Assembly: GCA_022567475.1 (NCBI GenBank)
Contig: JADFGZ010000020.1
Span: 1-24,000 of the forward strand
Length of the DNA stretch: 24,000 nucleotides
Origin: Acidobacteriota bacterium
GTDB lineage: Bacteria > Acidobacteriota > Terriglobia > 2-12-FULL-54-10
Direction of reading: 5' to 3'
Of the stretch, positions 7,311 to 15,586 are shown piece after piece; within the stretch, counting starts at the first letter, position 1; every line of letters starts with the position of its first letter. Both the position numbers and the translations under genes were made by a program. The notes below the pieces were generated by a model that did no database searches, was not told the DNA's origin, and saw only the letters and a program-made list of their open reading frames with translations.

Positions 7311-8671
7311 CCTCCGGCCATGACCCCAGTTCTCTGAAGCAGTGGGACCATTCTTTTCTTTGGCATCCCTTCACGCCGATGCGCGAGTGGATGGCCGAAG
7401 ACCCCCTGTTCATCGCCCGCGCCGAAGGAAACTACTTGTTTGACCAGCAAGGCAACCGGTACTTTGACGGCGTCTCTTCGCTGTGGGCAAACGTCCACGG
7501 CCACGGACGCCCGGAGATTGTGGAGGCGATTCGGAATCAGTTGGATGCCGTGGCGCACACCACGATGCTGGGGCTTTCGAATATCCCGGCAACGGTATTT
7601 GCCAAAAAGCTGATCGATGCAGCCCCCTCCGGCCTTCGCCGTGTTTTTTATTCCGACGCGGGAGCGACGGCCGTCGAGATCGCCTTGAAGATGGCCTTTG
7701 AGTACTGGGCATTGCAGGGAGAGACGAAACGAGATTGCTATGTCAGCCTAACGGAGTCCTATCACGGCGACACCATCGGGGCGATGAGCGTGGGGTACTC
7801 GGAGGGCTTCCATGCCCGCTATCGCCGTCTTTTGTTTCCTTGCTTGCGTATCGCGCCGCCGCATGCGTTCCGATACTACCGGAGGGAGAGTCCCGGGCAG
7901 GCGCTGGCGCATGCGCTGGAGGAGGCCGAACGGACTTTGCGGGAAAACCGGGAACGGATAGCCGCTTTGTTTGTGGAGCCGCTGATGCAGGGCGCCGCCG
8001 GGATGTGGGCCCATCCGGTGGAATACCTTTCGGGACTTCACCGGCTGTGCCGCGAAAATAATATCTTATTCATCGCCGATGAAGTCGCAGTCGGGTTCGG
8101 GCGGACCGGGCGGATGTTTGCCTGCGAGCACGCCGGCATCTCGCCCGACCTGATGTGCCTGGGTAAGGGAATCTCCGGCGGCGTCCTGCCGCTGGCCGCG
8201 ACGCTGGCTACGGAGGAAATCTTCGAGGCCTTTCTGGGAGAGTACGAGGAGCGGAAGACTTTCTTTCACGGCCACACCTATACGGGCAATCCTTTGGCCT
8301 GCGCCGCCGCCATCGCTTCGCTGGATTTGTTTGCGAAAGAAAATACACTGGCTCGCATGGCTCCCCTGATCGCGCAAATGGAGCGCCTGTTGCAGCCGGT
8401 GCGGGAGCAGGATCACGTTTCCGATGTGCGCCAGTGGGGCTTCCTGGTGGGCATTGAGCTGGCGGAGGACGCCGCAGCCCGCAAACCTTTTCCAGCCGCT
8501 AAACGAATCGGAAAGCAAGTGATCCTGGAGGCTCGCAAGCAGGGTGTGATTATCCGGCCGCTCGGCGATGTGATTATTCTGAACCCGCCCCTCTCCACCA
8601 CGGCGCAAGAACTGGAAAGATTAGTCCATGTGACCGCCGAGTCCATCCGGGCAGTGATGAAATCCTGCTGA
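7307..8671 (+). CDS. bioA: Adenosylmethionine-8-amino-7-oxononanoate aminotransferase
   Basis: 454 aa class III aminotransferase. Motifs are LWHPFT, SYHGDT, FIADEVAVGFGRTG and LGKGISGG (PLP lysine), in a bio operon context. Confidence 0.95.
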   Translation: MTSGHDPSSLKQWDHSFLWHPFTPMREWMAEDPLFIARAEGNYLFDQQGNRYFDGVSSLWANVHGHGRPEIVEAIRNQLDAVAHTTMLGLSNIPATVFAKKLIDAAPSGLRRVFYSDAGATAVEIALKMAFEYWALQGETKRDCYVSLTESYHGDTIGAMSVGYSEGFHARYRRLLFPCLRIAPPHAFRYYRRESPGQALAHALEEAERTLRENRERIAALFVEPLMQGAAGMWAHPVEYLSGLHRLCRENNILFIADEVAVGFGRTGRMFACEHAGISPDLMCLGKGISGGVLPLAATLATEEIFEAFLGEYEERKTFFHGHTYTGNPLACAAAIASLDLFAKENTLARMAPLIAQMERLLQPVREQDHVSDVRQWGFLVGIELAEDAAARKPFPAAKRIGKQVILEARKQGVIIRPLGDVIILNPPLSTTAQELERLVHVTAESIRAVMKSC

Positions 8672-8681
8672 AAAGGAAGGA

Positions 8682-9443
8682 ATGCCGCGCCGTGGACAAA
8701 CAATTCGATTATTGATCACCGGGACTGACACCGGGGTAGGGAAGACCTTTGTCGCCTGCGGCATCGCCGCCGCGCTGCGACGCCGGGGGCTCCGCGTTGC
8801 TCCTTTCAAACCCGTTGAGACCGGATGTGAAATTGGGCGCGAAATTGGACGCGAATTGGGGCGCGAATCGGAGGCAGGAGCGAACACTTTGCTTCCTGCC
8901 GATGCACGGCTCCTGCAAGAAGCCTCCGGGACGGAGTCGCCGCTCGAAACAATTTGCCCGTACCGCTTCCGCGCTCCGGTTGCTCCCTGGGTGGCGGCGG
9001 AGCGCGAGGGGAATCCAATTGACCCGCAGCGGCTCGAGGGCTGCTACCGTGAATTGGCTGCCTCCCACGACATTGTTCTGGTCGAAACCGCCGGAGGCAT
9101 TCGAGTGCCGATCACAGCAGATTTCGACTATGCGGACCTCGCCCGCATGCTGGACCTGCCCGTGCTGGTTGTAGCCGGATCGAAATTAGGGGTGATTAAC
9201 CACACGCTGTTGACACTTGCGTCGCTCGAAAGTGCCGGCCTTGCCGTTGCCGGGTGCGTCTTGAATCATTGCAGGCCGGAAAAAGGACCCGCCATTGAAA
9301 CCAATGAGAAAACGTTGCGCCGCTTGATTCAGACGCCACTGGATGTGATACCTTACTTGACCGTCAGCCAGCAATCGTTGGGATGCGATATGTTCGACGA
9401 GTTGGCAGCGAAGCTTTTGGAAAGGGCCTCTGTTTCTTCCTAA
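8682..9443 (+). CDS. bioD: Dethiobiotin synthetase
   Basis: 253 aa. The P-loop is ITGTDTGVGKT, followed by KPVETG and VETAGG. It is the last gene of the bio operon. Confidence 0.9.
   Translation: MPRRGQTIRLLITGTDTGVGKTFVACGIAAALRRRGLRVAPFKPVETGCEIGREIGRELGRESEAGANTLLPADARLLQEASGTESPLETICPYRFRAPVAPWVAAEREGNPIDPQRLEGCYRELAASHDIVLVETAGGIRVPITADFDYADLARMLDLPVLVVAGSKLGVINHTLLTLASLESAGLAVAGCVLNHCRPEKGPAIETNEKTLRRLIQTPLDVIPYLTVSQQSLGCDMFDELAAKLLERASVSS
8829..8876 (+). repeat. In-frame 12-nt tandem repeat (4 decaying units) inside bioD
   Basis: The units are gaaattgggcgc, gaaattggacgc, gaattggggcgc and gaatcggaggca. They encode EIGR-EIGR-ELGR-ESEA directly after the KPVETGC motif. Confidence 0.9.
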
Positions 9444-9557
9444 GCTGGCGGGATGGCTGCAAACGGCAGGCTTTCCTCATTGCAGCATCCGCGCAGAGTG
9501 TTGTAGCATTTCTTAACGAGATCAGCTACCACAAAAACGAGAAGGAGATATAGCAGC

Positions 9558-10616
9558 TTGCGGATGGATCGCGAACAGGCACGGCGTCTTTACCGGCAAG
9601 GCCTTCCCGCGCTTTCCGAAGCCGCCTCCGAGGTCCGCTACCGGAAGCATCCGGCGAAAGTTGTCAGCTTTGCTATCCAGCGCACCATCAACTACACCAA
9701 CGTCTGCAATGCCTACTGCTCCTTCTGCTCGTTTTACCGTCCGCCAGGAAGCCCGGAAGGGTATCTGCTCTCAGACGACGAAATCATGAGGAAGATCGAA
9801 GAAAGCATTGCCCAAGGCGTCTCCGGCATACTCATCCAGGGGGGCGACCACCCGGAGCTGAAGATCGACTACTATGAGGCGCTGCTGCGCAAGGTGAAAC
9901 AGCGGTTCCGTGTGGATTGCCACAGTTTTTCCGCATCCGAGATTTGGAATCTCGCCGAGGTCTCCGGGCTGACGCTCGAACAGGCGATTGGCCGCCTACA
10001 CGAAGCTGGGCTCGACTCCATTCCCGGAGCCGGAGCGGAGATATTGGACGACGAGGTGCGGAACCGCATCAGCCCGCTGAAGCTGAACTCAGACCAGTGG
10101 ATCGCGGTGCATCGCACCGCCCACCGCCTGGGGTTGCCGACCACAGCCACCATGGTTTTCGGTTTCGGGGAAACTTTGGAACACCGCCTGAATCATCTGG
10201 ACCGGCTGCGGCAGTTGCAGGATGAGACGGGGGGGTTTGTGGCAATGATCGTCTGGCCGTACCAGACCGGACGGCAGCGGCCTTCGATCCTTCCCCGCGA
10301 GAAACCGCCCGATGAGGAGTATCTGGCGATGCAGGCCCTTGCGCGGGTTTATCTTGAAAATTTCGAGAACCTCCAGGCCTCCTGGCTGACCGTGGGGCTC
10401 GAGACGGGCCGCCGGGCGCTCGATTTCGGAGCCAATGACGCTGGCAGCGTAATCCTCGAAGAGAACGTCATTGAGGGCGCGCCCGACAGCCTCGCGGCAC
10501 GGGAAGAGCAGTTGCGCCGGAACATTGAACTCGCCGGATTTACTCCCATGGAGCGCAACTCCACCTATTCCCGCCGTGCTCGGTCACTGCGGGGCAGTGC
10601 GGCGGTTTTGGTTTGA
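9558..10616 (+). CDS. Radical-SAM menaquinone (futalosine pathway) enzyme, MqnC/MqnE family
   Basis: 352 aa with a TTG start 10 nt after GGAG. It carries INYTNVCNAYCSFCSFY (CxxxCxxC), and ENFENLQASWLTVG and FGANDAGSVILEENV typical of the MqnC/MqnE/CofH clade. I cannot separate MqnC from MqnE by eye. Confidence 0.75.
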   Translation: MRMDREQARRLYRQGLPALSEAASEVRYRKHPAKVVSFAIQRTINYTNVCNAYCSFCSFYRPPGSPEGYLLSDDEIMRKIEESIAQGVSGILIQGGDHPELKIDYYEALLRKVKQRFRVDCHSFSASEIWNLAEVSGLTLEQAIGRLHEAGLDSIPGAGAEILDDEVRNRISPLKLNSDQWIAVHRTAHRLGLPTTATMVFGFGETLEHRLNHLDRLRQLQDETGGFVAMIVWPYQTGRQRPSILPREKPPDEEYLAMQALARVYLENFENLQASWLTVGLETGRRALDFGANDAGSVILEENVIEGAPDSLAAREEQLRRNIELAGFTPMERNSTYSRRARSLRGSAAVLV

Positions 10617-10625
10617 GACCCAGCC

Positions 10626-11426
10626 TTGCAGAACCGAATACCTGTTCATAGCTTCGGAGGAAACAGTTTGTCGCTTCCGGCGGTAATTCTCGCAATACTA
10701 TTTTTCTGGCCTGCGACGTGGACGCTGGCGCAAGCGCCCGGCACGGAGCGCTTGGCTGGGTCTATGGTTGAGTCTATGGCTACGCTGCGCGGAATTGTGC
10801 AAGACCAGGCGGGAGATCCCATCCCGGACGTGATGGTTAAAGCGACCAACCTTTCCACCGGACAGGACACCACGACTCGCAGCAACCGCCAGGGACAATT
10901 TGAGATTGGGCACGTAGCTCCCGGCAGCTACGCGATCCATGCCTCCCGGACAGGCTATCGAACATCGGCCCGGCAAAGGCGCACAGTGGCCGCCGGACAG
11001 GCGGCAACGCTTGCGTTTATGCTGGCTCCAGATTTTGAAGTTCCATCCCAGCAGCCGGAGGGCAGGGAAGCGGCGCCGGGCGACTTTTCTTCGGCAAACG
11101 GTCCAAGCGGGATCAGCGCAAGCCAGTTGGCCGGGCTTCCTCTCAACGGCCGCAGCTACAGCCAGCTGGCTACGCTGCAGGGCGTGGTGAGCAGTCCGTT
11201 TGCCGCTTCGTCCTCCAGGGGTGTCGGCGGCGGCGGCCTGACCGTGGCGGGAGGACGGTCCACCTCCAACACGTTTCTGCTGGATGGAACAAACATCATG
11301 GACACCTCGAATCGTGCCCCGCGGAGCGCGGCTGGAGTGCAACTGGGCTCGGACACGGTATTCCAGGTTCGCATCTTCAGCACCACTTACAGCGCCGAGT
11401 ACGGACGCGGCAGCGGGGGGTGCTGA
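10626..11426 (+). CDS. TonB-dependent receptor, N-terminal fragment (signal peptide, CarboxypepD_reg-like domain, plug), ends at a frameshift
   Basis: The signal peptide is LSLPAVILAILFFWPATWTLAQA. LRGIVQDQAGDPIPDVMVKATNLSTGQ...QGQFEIGHVAPGSYAI is a carboxypeptidase-regulatory-like fold. Plug-type motifs are LPLNGRSYSQL and FLLDGTNIMD. The fragment stops 2 codons after a G6 run. Confidence 0.85.
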   Translation: MQNRIPVHSFGGNSLSLPAVILAILFFWPATWTLAQAPGTERLAGSMVESMATLRGIVQDQAGDPIPDVMVKATNLSTGQDTTTRSNRQGQFEIGHVAPGSYAIHASRTGYRTSARQRRTVAAGQAATLAFMLAPDFEVPSQQPEGREAAPGDFSSANGPSGISASQLAGLPLNGRSYSQLATLQGVVSSPFAASSSRGVGGGGLTVAGGRSTSNTFLLDGTNIMDTSNRAPRSAAGVQLGSDTVFQVRIFSTTYSAEYGRGSGGC

Positions 11427-13873
11427 ATTCCACGACCCATTCCGGAACGCCGGAGTTTCATGGGACATTTTTCGAGTACTTTCGGAACAGCAAACTGGAC
11501 GCCCGAAATTTCTTTGACCCCGGTCCGGAGCCCACGCCCTTTAAGCGGAACCAGTTCGGATTCACACTGACCGGTCCGGCGCGGAAGGAAAAAACGTTTT
11601 TAATGGCCAGTTTTGAAGGGATGCGCGACCGGCTGACAGAAACCTCAGTCGATTTCTTTCCCAATGCCCTGGCCCGCCAGGGAATCATTACGGACGTAAC
11701 CGGGAATGAAATTCGCAGGGTCACCGTGAACCCGAGAGTGAAACCCTTCCTGGACCTTTATCCTATGCCCAACTTGGGTCCCACGGGCAATGGGGTCAAT
11801 GAAAACCGCGCTCCCGTATTCTTGCCGACCAGTGAAAATTTTCTTACCCTCCGCGTGGATCATACGATTTCCGTCCGGGACAGCCTTTTCGCACGCTATA
11901 CGTTTGATGACGCCACCAGTCACTCCGGCCAGCCCATGTTTCTGTTTCGGCGCGTGTCGGAAAGCCGCCAGCAATACCTTACCCTGATGGCGTCGCATGT
12001 TTCCAGCCCGCAAGTTGTGCATTCCTTCCGGTTTGGGTTCACTCGCCCGGTGACAAACGATAGAGGCCTCGTCTCCATCGATATTCCCGAGGAATCATTA
12101 TTTGTCCAGGACGCGCCTGAATTTGGCCTGCTCTCCCTTTCCGGCGTATCACCGTTCGGTTTGGTTGGCGGCACACCGCTGGGAAAGACGATGGACTCCT
12201 TTCAATTTGCCTATGACCTCCTGCTCCAAAAATCAGCCCACGCCTTGAAGGTGGGGGTGCAGGCGCATCGCTATCGTTGGACCACATTCACCAATTTTAA
12301 TCGAGGAGCCAGGTGGTCGTTCAGCGGCCTGGAGAGCTTTCTGCAAGCAGGCGCGGACGGAACCACCAAATTGGATGTGTCTTTGCCGGGCTCGGATAAC
12401 AAAAAAGATTTTCGCCAGACCTTGCTGGGATTTTATGTTCAGGATGATTATCAGATTGCTCCGCGTCTCCAGCTCAATCTGGGCCTGCGTTATGAATTCA
12501 CCTCGCTGATTCGCGAGAAATCGGGGCGAACCTCCGCCCTCTTGGACATAGTCCGCGGCTCGGAGGTGCAGATTGGACCCTTGATAGCGGACAACCCTTC
12601 GTTGCTTAACTTTGCGCCCCGGATTGGCTTCACTTGGGCTCCTGGGGCGGGCGGGAATACGGTTTGGAGCGGCGGGTTTGGAATTTACTACGATCAATTG
12701 TTGGAATATCTCGTGGATCAGGTGAAGAATACGCTGCCGTTTTTTCAGCAAGCTGTCAGAACCAACTTTGATGCCTCTGCAACTTTTCCCGATGCCGTGG
12801 CTGCGGCCCAGGGAGTCCCCCTCATGGCCCGCACGCTGGATTATCAGAACACCTCCACCACCATGGTGTTCCGCTACAACTTCGCACTCCAGCACCGCCT
12901 CGCCAACGGCTGGAATTTCCGGACCTCCTACGTGGGAGCGAGAGGCAACCACTTGTTTCGCGCTTACGAGACCAACCTGTTTCCTGTGCCCGTCGCCAGA
13001 CCGGACGGATCAGTTTTCTTTCCGTCCCATGAGGGTCCCCGCAACCCCGCATTCGGAAGCATTGTTTTAATCAACAGCGACGCGCAATCCTTTTATAACT
13101 CGCTGCAGCTCTCCGCCCAAAAAAATATCAGCCGGGGAAATTCCTTGAGGGCGAACTATACCTGGAGCAAGTCTGTAGACGACGCCTCCCGCCACACTTT
13201 CGGCAGCGTGGAACAATATGGGCCGGAGCGGACGCTGGACCGGGCGCTTTCTGATTTTGACGTCCGGCACCGTTTGGTCACCAGCTATTTTTTTACCCCG
13301 CCGTTTGGAAGCGGAATGCGGTTTTGGAATACCGGAATCCTGAGGCAACTCTTCGGAGGCTGGCGGATCGGTGGCATCCTGTCGCTTCGCACCGGCGCTC
13401 CATTCAGCCCCGGGATCAATGTAAGAACGCCGGAGTTTCTGTTCACAGCCAGCCGTCCCAACCTGTTGCCCGGCCAGAATAACAACCCGACGGAAGGCGT
13501 TACGGCCGGCTGCGCGGGAATCCCGGCCGGCCAGCCGCTGGGAACTCGCGAGCGATATTTTGACCCCTGCGTATACGGGATACCGGAACCCGGCACGCTC
13601 GGCAACGCCGGGCGAAACACGATTATTTCGCCGCGAGTGTTCAATATGGACATCTCTCTGCAAAAGGAATTCTCATTGGACTCCCGAAGGCAGTTGCAAT
13701 TTCGGATGGAATTTTTCAACCTGCTGAACCATACTAATTTGGATCCTCGGAATGGCCCGCCGCCGTTCGTCTTCACGGGAAGAACGGGCCGTCGAAATCC
13801 GATTGCGGGAAGGATTGCAGGGACTACCACTACCTCCCGGCAGATTCAGTTTGCCCTGCGGTTTTCCTTTTAG
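11420..13873 (+). CDS. TonB-dependent receptor, C-terminal beta-barrel fragment (continuation of 10626..11426 in the -1 frame)
   Basis: 817 aa. It begins (V)LNSTTHSGTPEFHGTFFEYFRNSKLDARNFF, which continues the plug/barrel junction motif. It has alternating beta-strand patterns and ends ...QFALRFSF with the terminal aromatic residue typical of outer-membrane barrels. Confidence 0.85.
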   Translation: MLNSTTHSGTPEFHGTFFEYFRNSKLDARNFFDPGPEPTPFKRNQFGFTLTGPARKEKTFLMASFEGMRDRLTETSVDFFPNALARQGIITDVTGNEIRRVTVNPRVKPFLDLYPMPNLGPTGNGVNENRAPVFLPTSENFLTLRVDHTISVRDSLFARYTFDDATSHSGQPMFLFRRVSESRQQYLTLMASHVSSPQVVHSFRFGFTRPVTNDRGLVSIDIPEESLFVQDAPEFGLLSLSGVSPFGLVGGTPLGKTMDSFQFAYDLLLQKSAHALKVGVQAHRYRWTTFTNFNRGARWSFSGLESFLQAGADGTTKLDVSLPGSDNKKDFRQTLLGFYVQDDYQIAPRLQLNLGLRYEFTSLIREKSGRTSALLDIVRGSEVQIGPLIADNPSLLNFAPRIGFTWAPGAGGNTVWSGGFGIYYDQLLEYLVDQVKNTLPFFQQAVRTNFDASATFPDAVAAAQGVPLMARTLDYQNTSTTMVFRYNFALQHRLANGWNFRTSYVGARGNHLFRAYETNLFPVPVARPDGSVFFPSHEGPRNPAFGSIVLINSDAQSFYNSLQLSAQKNISRGNSLRANYTWSKSVDDASRHTFGSVEQYGPERTLDRALSDFDVRHRLVTSYFFTPPFGSGMRFWNTGILRQLFGGWRIGGILSLRTGAPFSPGINVRTPEFLFTASRPNLLPGQNNNPTEGVTAGCAGIPAGQPLGTRERYFDPCVYGIPEPGTLGNAGRNTIISPRVFNMDISLQKEFSLDSRRQLQFRMEFFNLLNHTNLDPRNGPPPFVFTGRTGRRNPIAGRIAGTTTTSRQIQFALRFSF

Positions 13874-13925
13874 GCGTGCGAAGCGTTCCCGGGAATCCTT
13901 TTCAGCCACCGATTGGAAACCAGCC

Positions 13926-14186
13926 ATGAAACGGCTTTACCGATCCAAAACAAATAAAGTGATTGCCGGCATTTTCGGAGGGATCGCAGAAACTTATTCC
14001 ATCGATCCCAGCCTGCTGCGGCTTGCGCTTGTCTTTTTGGGGGTGACAACGGGTGTCGTGCCGCTGGTGGTCACTTACATCATCGGATGGATTATTATTT
14101 CGAAAGTCCCCGAAGAGGAAATCAAAGCCGCAGAAAACAAAGCCTCAGAAATCAAAACCGAAGAACCGGACTCGGCGAAACAGTAA
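13926..14186 (+). CDS. PspC domain-containing membrane protein
   Basis: 86 aa from the ATG at 13926. MKRLYRSKTNKVIAGIFGGIAETYSIDPSLLRLALV is a canonical PspC-domain N-terminus. It is followed by a TM helix and an acidic/lysine-rich tail. The track start at 13752 overlaps the receptor gene and is rejected. Confidence 0.8.
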   Translation: MKRLYRSKTNKVIAGIFGGIAETYSIDPSLLRLALVFLGVTTGVVPLVVTYIIGWIIISKVPEEEIKAAENKASEIKTEEPDSAKQ

Positions 14187-14228
14187 TCGCTTTCGGGCAG
14201 CACCTAAGGACGGTCCGCCGAGTGTTGG

Positions 14229-15527
14229 TTAGCGAACGGCCTCAGCCATTTCGCTCCGACAGAAAGCCACTTGGGTGGGCAGAGCTTCTTCTTCCCGCAA
14301 ATAAGTCATCAATACCTCGCCTGCGCAGGTGAACTCTCCGCCGGGATCGAGCAAACCGAATTGCTTGATCCCCTCTGCCGCGTTGTCGTAGAGCTGCCAA
14401 TAGACTGCGTACCGAAGCTGCCCGCTGTCGAGCAGCTTCAAAACAGCGTGGATGCCCTTTGCCACCGCCGCTTGCGGCAGCTTCCATTCGCGAGCATACC
14501 CAAACTCGCCGAGCAGAACATGGCGCGGGCCGAAAAACTCCCGGCCAGCGGTGGTAAGCCCGCGCTGGGTTCGTTTCTCAATTTCTTCCAGAGCGGTGCT
14601 CAACACTGCTGCGACATCGCTCTGGGCCACCGTTTCCCAGGCGGAAAAAGAAACAAAATCGAAACGGAGCCGGGGCAGAACCGCTCCCAGGGCGTTCATG
14701 CCGGTGGCTTGCTTGGCGTAATTTCCTGCAGCAGTGCGGCCAAGCTGCAACCGCCAGAGCGAAACCTCAACGCCGGAAAAAACTTTCAGCCGGGCGGCAG
14801 GGAACTCGCGCCGTCCATCTGCTACTGCCCGGAAGCGCGTGTCGAGGTCACGCACTACATTATCAACAGCAAGTTCCTGCCGGCCTGCCGAGTTCAGCGC
14901 CTCCAGAAGTTTTTCATCCGCCTCGTGGTTGGAAATCAAAATTACTTTGTCGAGACCGCCAAAGTTCCGGTAGAGCCATTCGACCATCTCGCGCAGCTGT
15001 TGGTACTCTTGTTGCCATTCGTGTTCGGCAACGGGTCTTCGCAGGTCGATCTCGTCAGGTCCTTCCCCATAATGGAACACCGGATAGGCGGTCAGCCACA
15101 TGGTTTTGAATTGCGGGTTCTCAAGAATCCGCTTGTAGCGCGGCAACGCCAGAATCTTCGCCAGCGTGACCGGCTCCTGCAATTCAGCAAATCGGTGCGG
15201 CGACCTCAGCGGATGAAGATAGTCATACCGCCCGCCGACAAAAATCCGCACGGTTCTGAACCCAAACCGCTCGATATCGCCCACGGCGCGGCTTAAGCCA
15301 TCGCCGCTGGCTTCGGATGCGGTTGCCTGACGCGGCTCAGGTGTTTGTCCTAAACCAGGTGTTTGTCCAAACCAATGATAGATGCCGAGGCGCTCCGACG
15401 CCGGCTGCCGTAAACCGTCCTGCGCATTGCTGAGCGATGCAACGAACAGCAGCCCGGCAACTAAGACCGTCATCCGGATTGTCTTCGCCAGACTCTTCAC
15501 GACGCCTTCTTTTTTTCGGTTACGCAT
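14229..15527 (-). CDS. Secreted hypothetical protein, possible clan GH-A-like TIM-barrel glycoside hydrolase
   Basis: 432 aa. The signal peptide is MTVLVAGLLFVASLSNAQ (the alternative start is at this inner Met). The motifs ISNHEAD and VLLGEFGY resemble the acid/base and nucleophile strands of (beta/alpha)8 hydrolases. The function is a weak guess. Confidence 0.6.
   Translation of the reverse strand: MRNRKKEGVVKSLAKTIRMTVLVAGLLFVASLSNAQDGLRQPASERLGIYHWFGQTPGLGQTPEPRQATASEASGDGLSRAVGDIERFGFRTVRIFVGGRYDYLHPLRSPHRFAELQEPVTLAKILALPRYKRILENPQFKTMWLTAYPVFHYGEGPDEIDLRRPVAEHEWQQEYQQLREMVEWLYRNFGGLDKVILISNHEADEKLLEALNSAGRQELAVDNVVRDLDTRFRAVADGRREFPAARLKVFSGVEVSLWRLQLGRTAAGNYAKQATGMNALGAVLPRLRFDFVSFSAWETVAQSDVAAVLSTALEEIEKRTQRGLTTAGREFFGPRHVLLGEFGYAREWKLPQAAVAKGIHAVLKLLDSGQLRYAVYWQLYDNAAEGIKQFGLLDPGGEFTCAGEVLMTYLREEEALPTQVAFCRSEMAEAVR
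15338..15373 (-). repeat. 18-nt in-frame tandem duplication in the hydrolase-like gene
   Basis: The plus strand reads caggtgtttgtcctaaac then caggtgtttgtccaaacc. This encodes GQTPGL-GQTPEP in the mature N-terminal linker. Confidence 0.85.
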
Positions 15528-15586
15528 CTGCTGTCCTGCTGCCCATCCCGCCGTGGATCACTATCGTGCGCCGGGTGAACGGGACA

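Noticed and set aside
5952-7558. Minus-strand ORFs 5952..6974 (340 aa) and 6971..7558 (195 aa) opposite bioF/bioA
   Set aside because: These are antisense shadows of PLP-enzyme genes with clear motifs. They are low-complexity, R/Q/A-rich translations.
9452-9489. Hairpin after bioD (gatgGctgcaa...ttgcagcatc) as a rho-independent terminator
   Set aside because: The stem is 10 bp with one bulge, but the loop is 17 nt and no U-tract follows. It may be structural, but I cannot support a terminator call.
9558-10616. Linking the radical-SAM gene to the biotin operon as a novel biotin-related enzyme
   Set aside because: Its motifs fit the MqnC/MqnE futalosine-pathway clade. It has its own SD after a 114-nt gap. 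Adjacency alone is insufficient.
10698-13830. Minus-strand ORFs opposite the TonB-dependent receptor (10698..11468, 12233..12952, 13067..13663, 13285..13830)
   Set aside because: The plus-strand frames carry the signal peptide, CarboxypepD_reg, plug and barrel motifs. The minus-strand ORFs are compositionally antisense-like.
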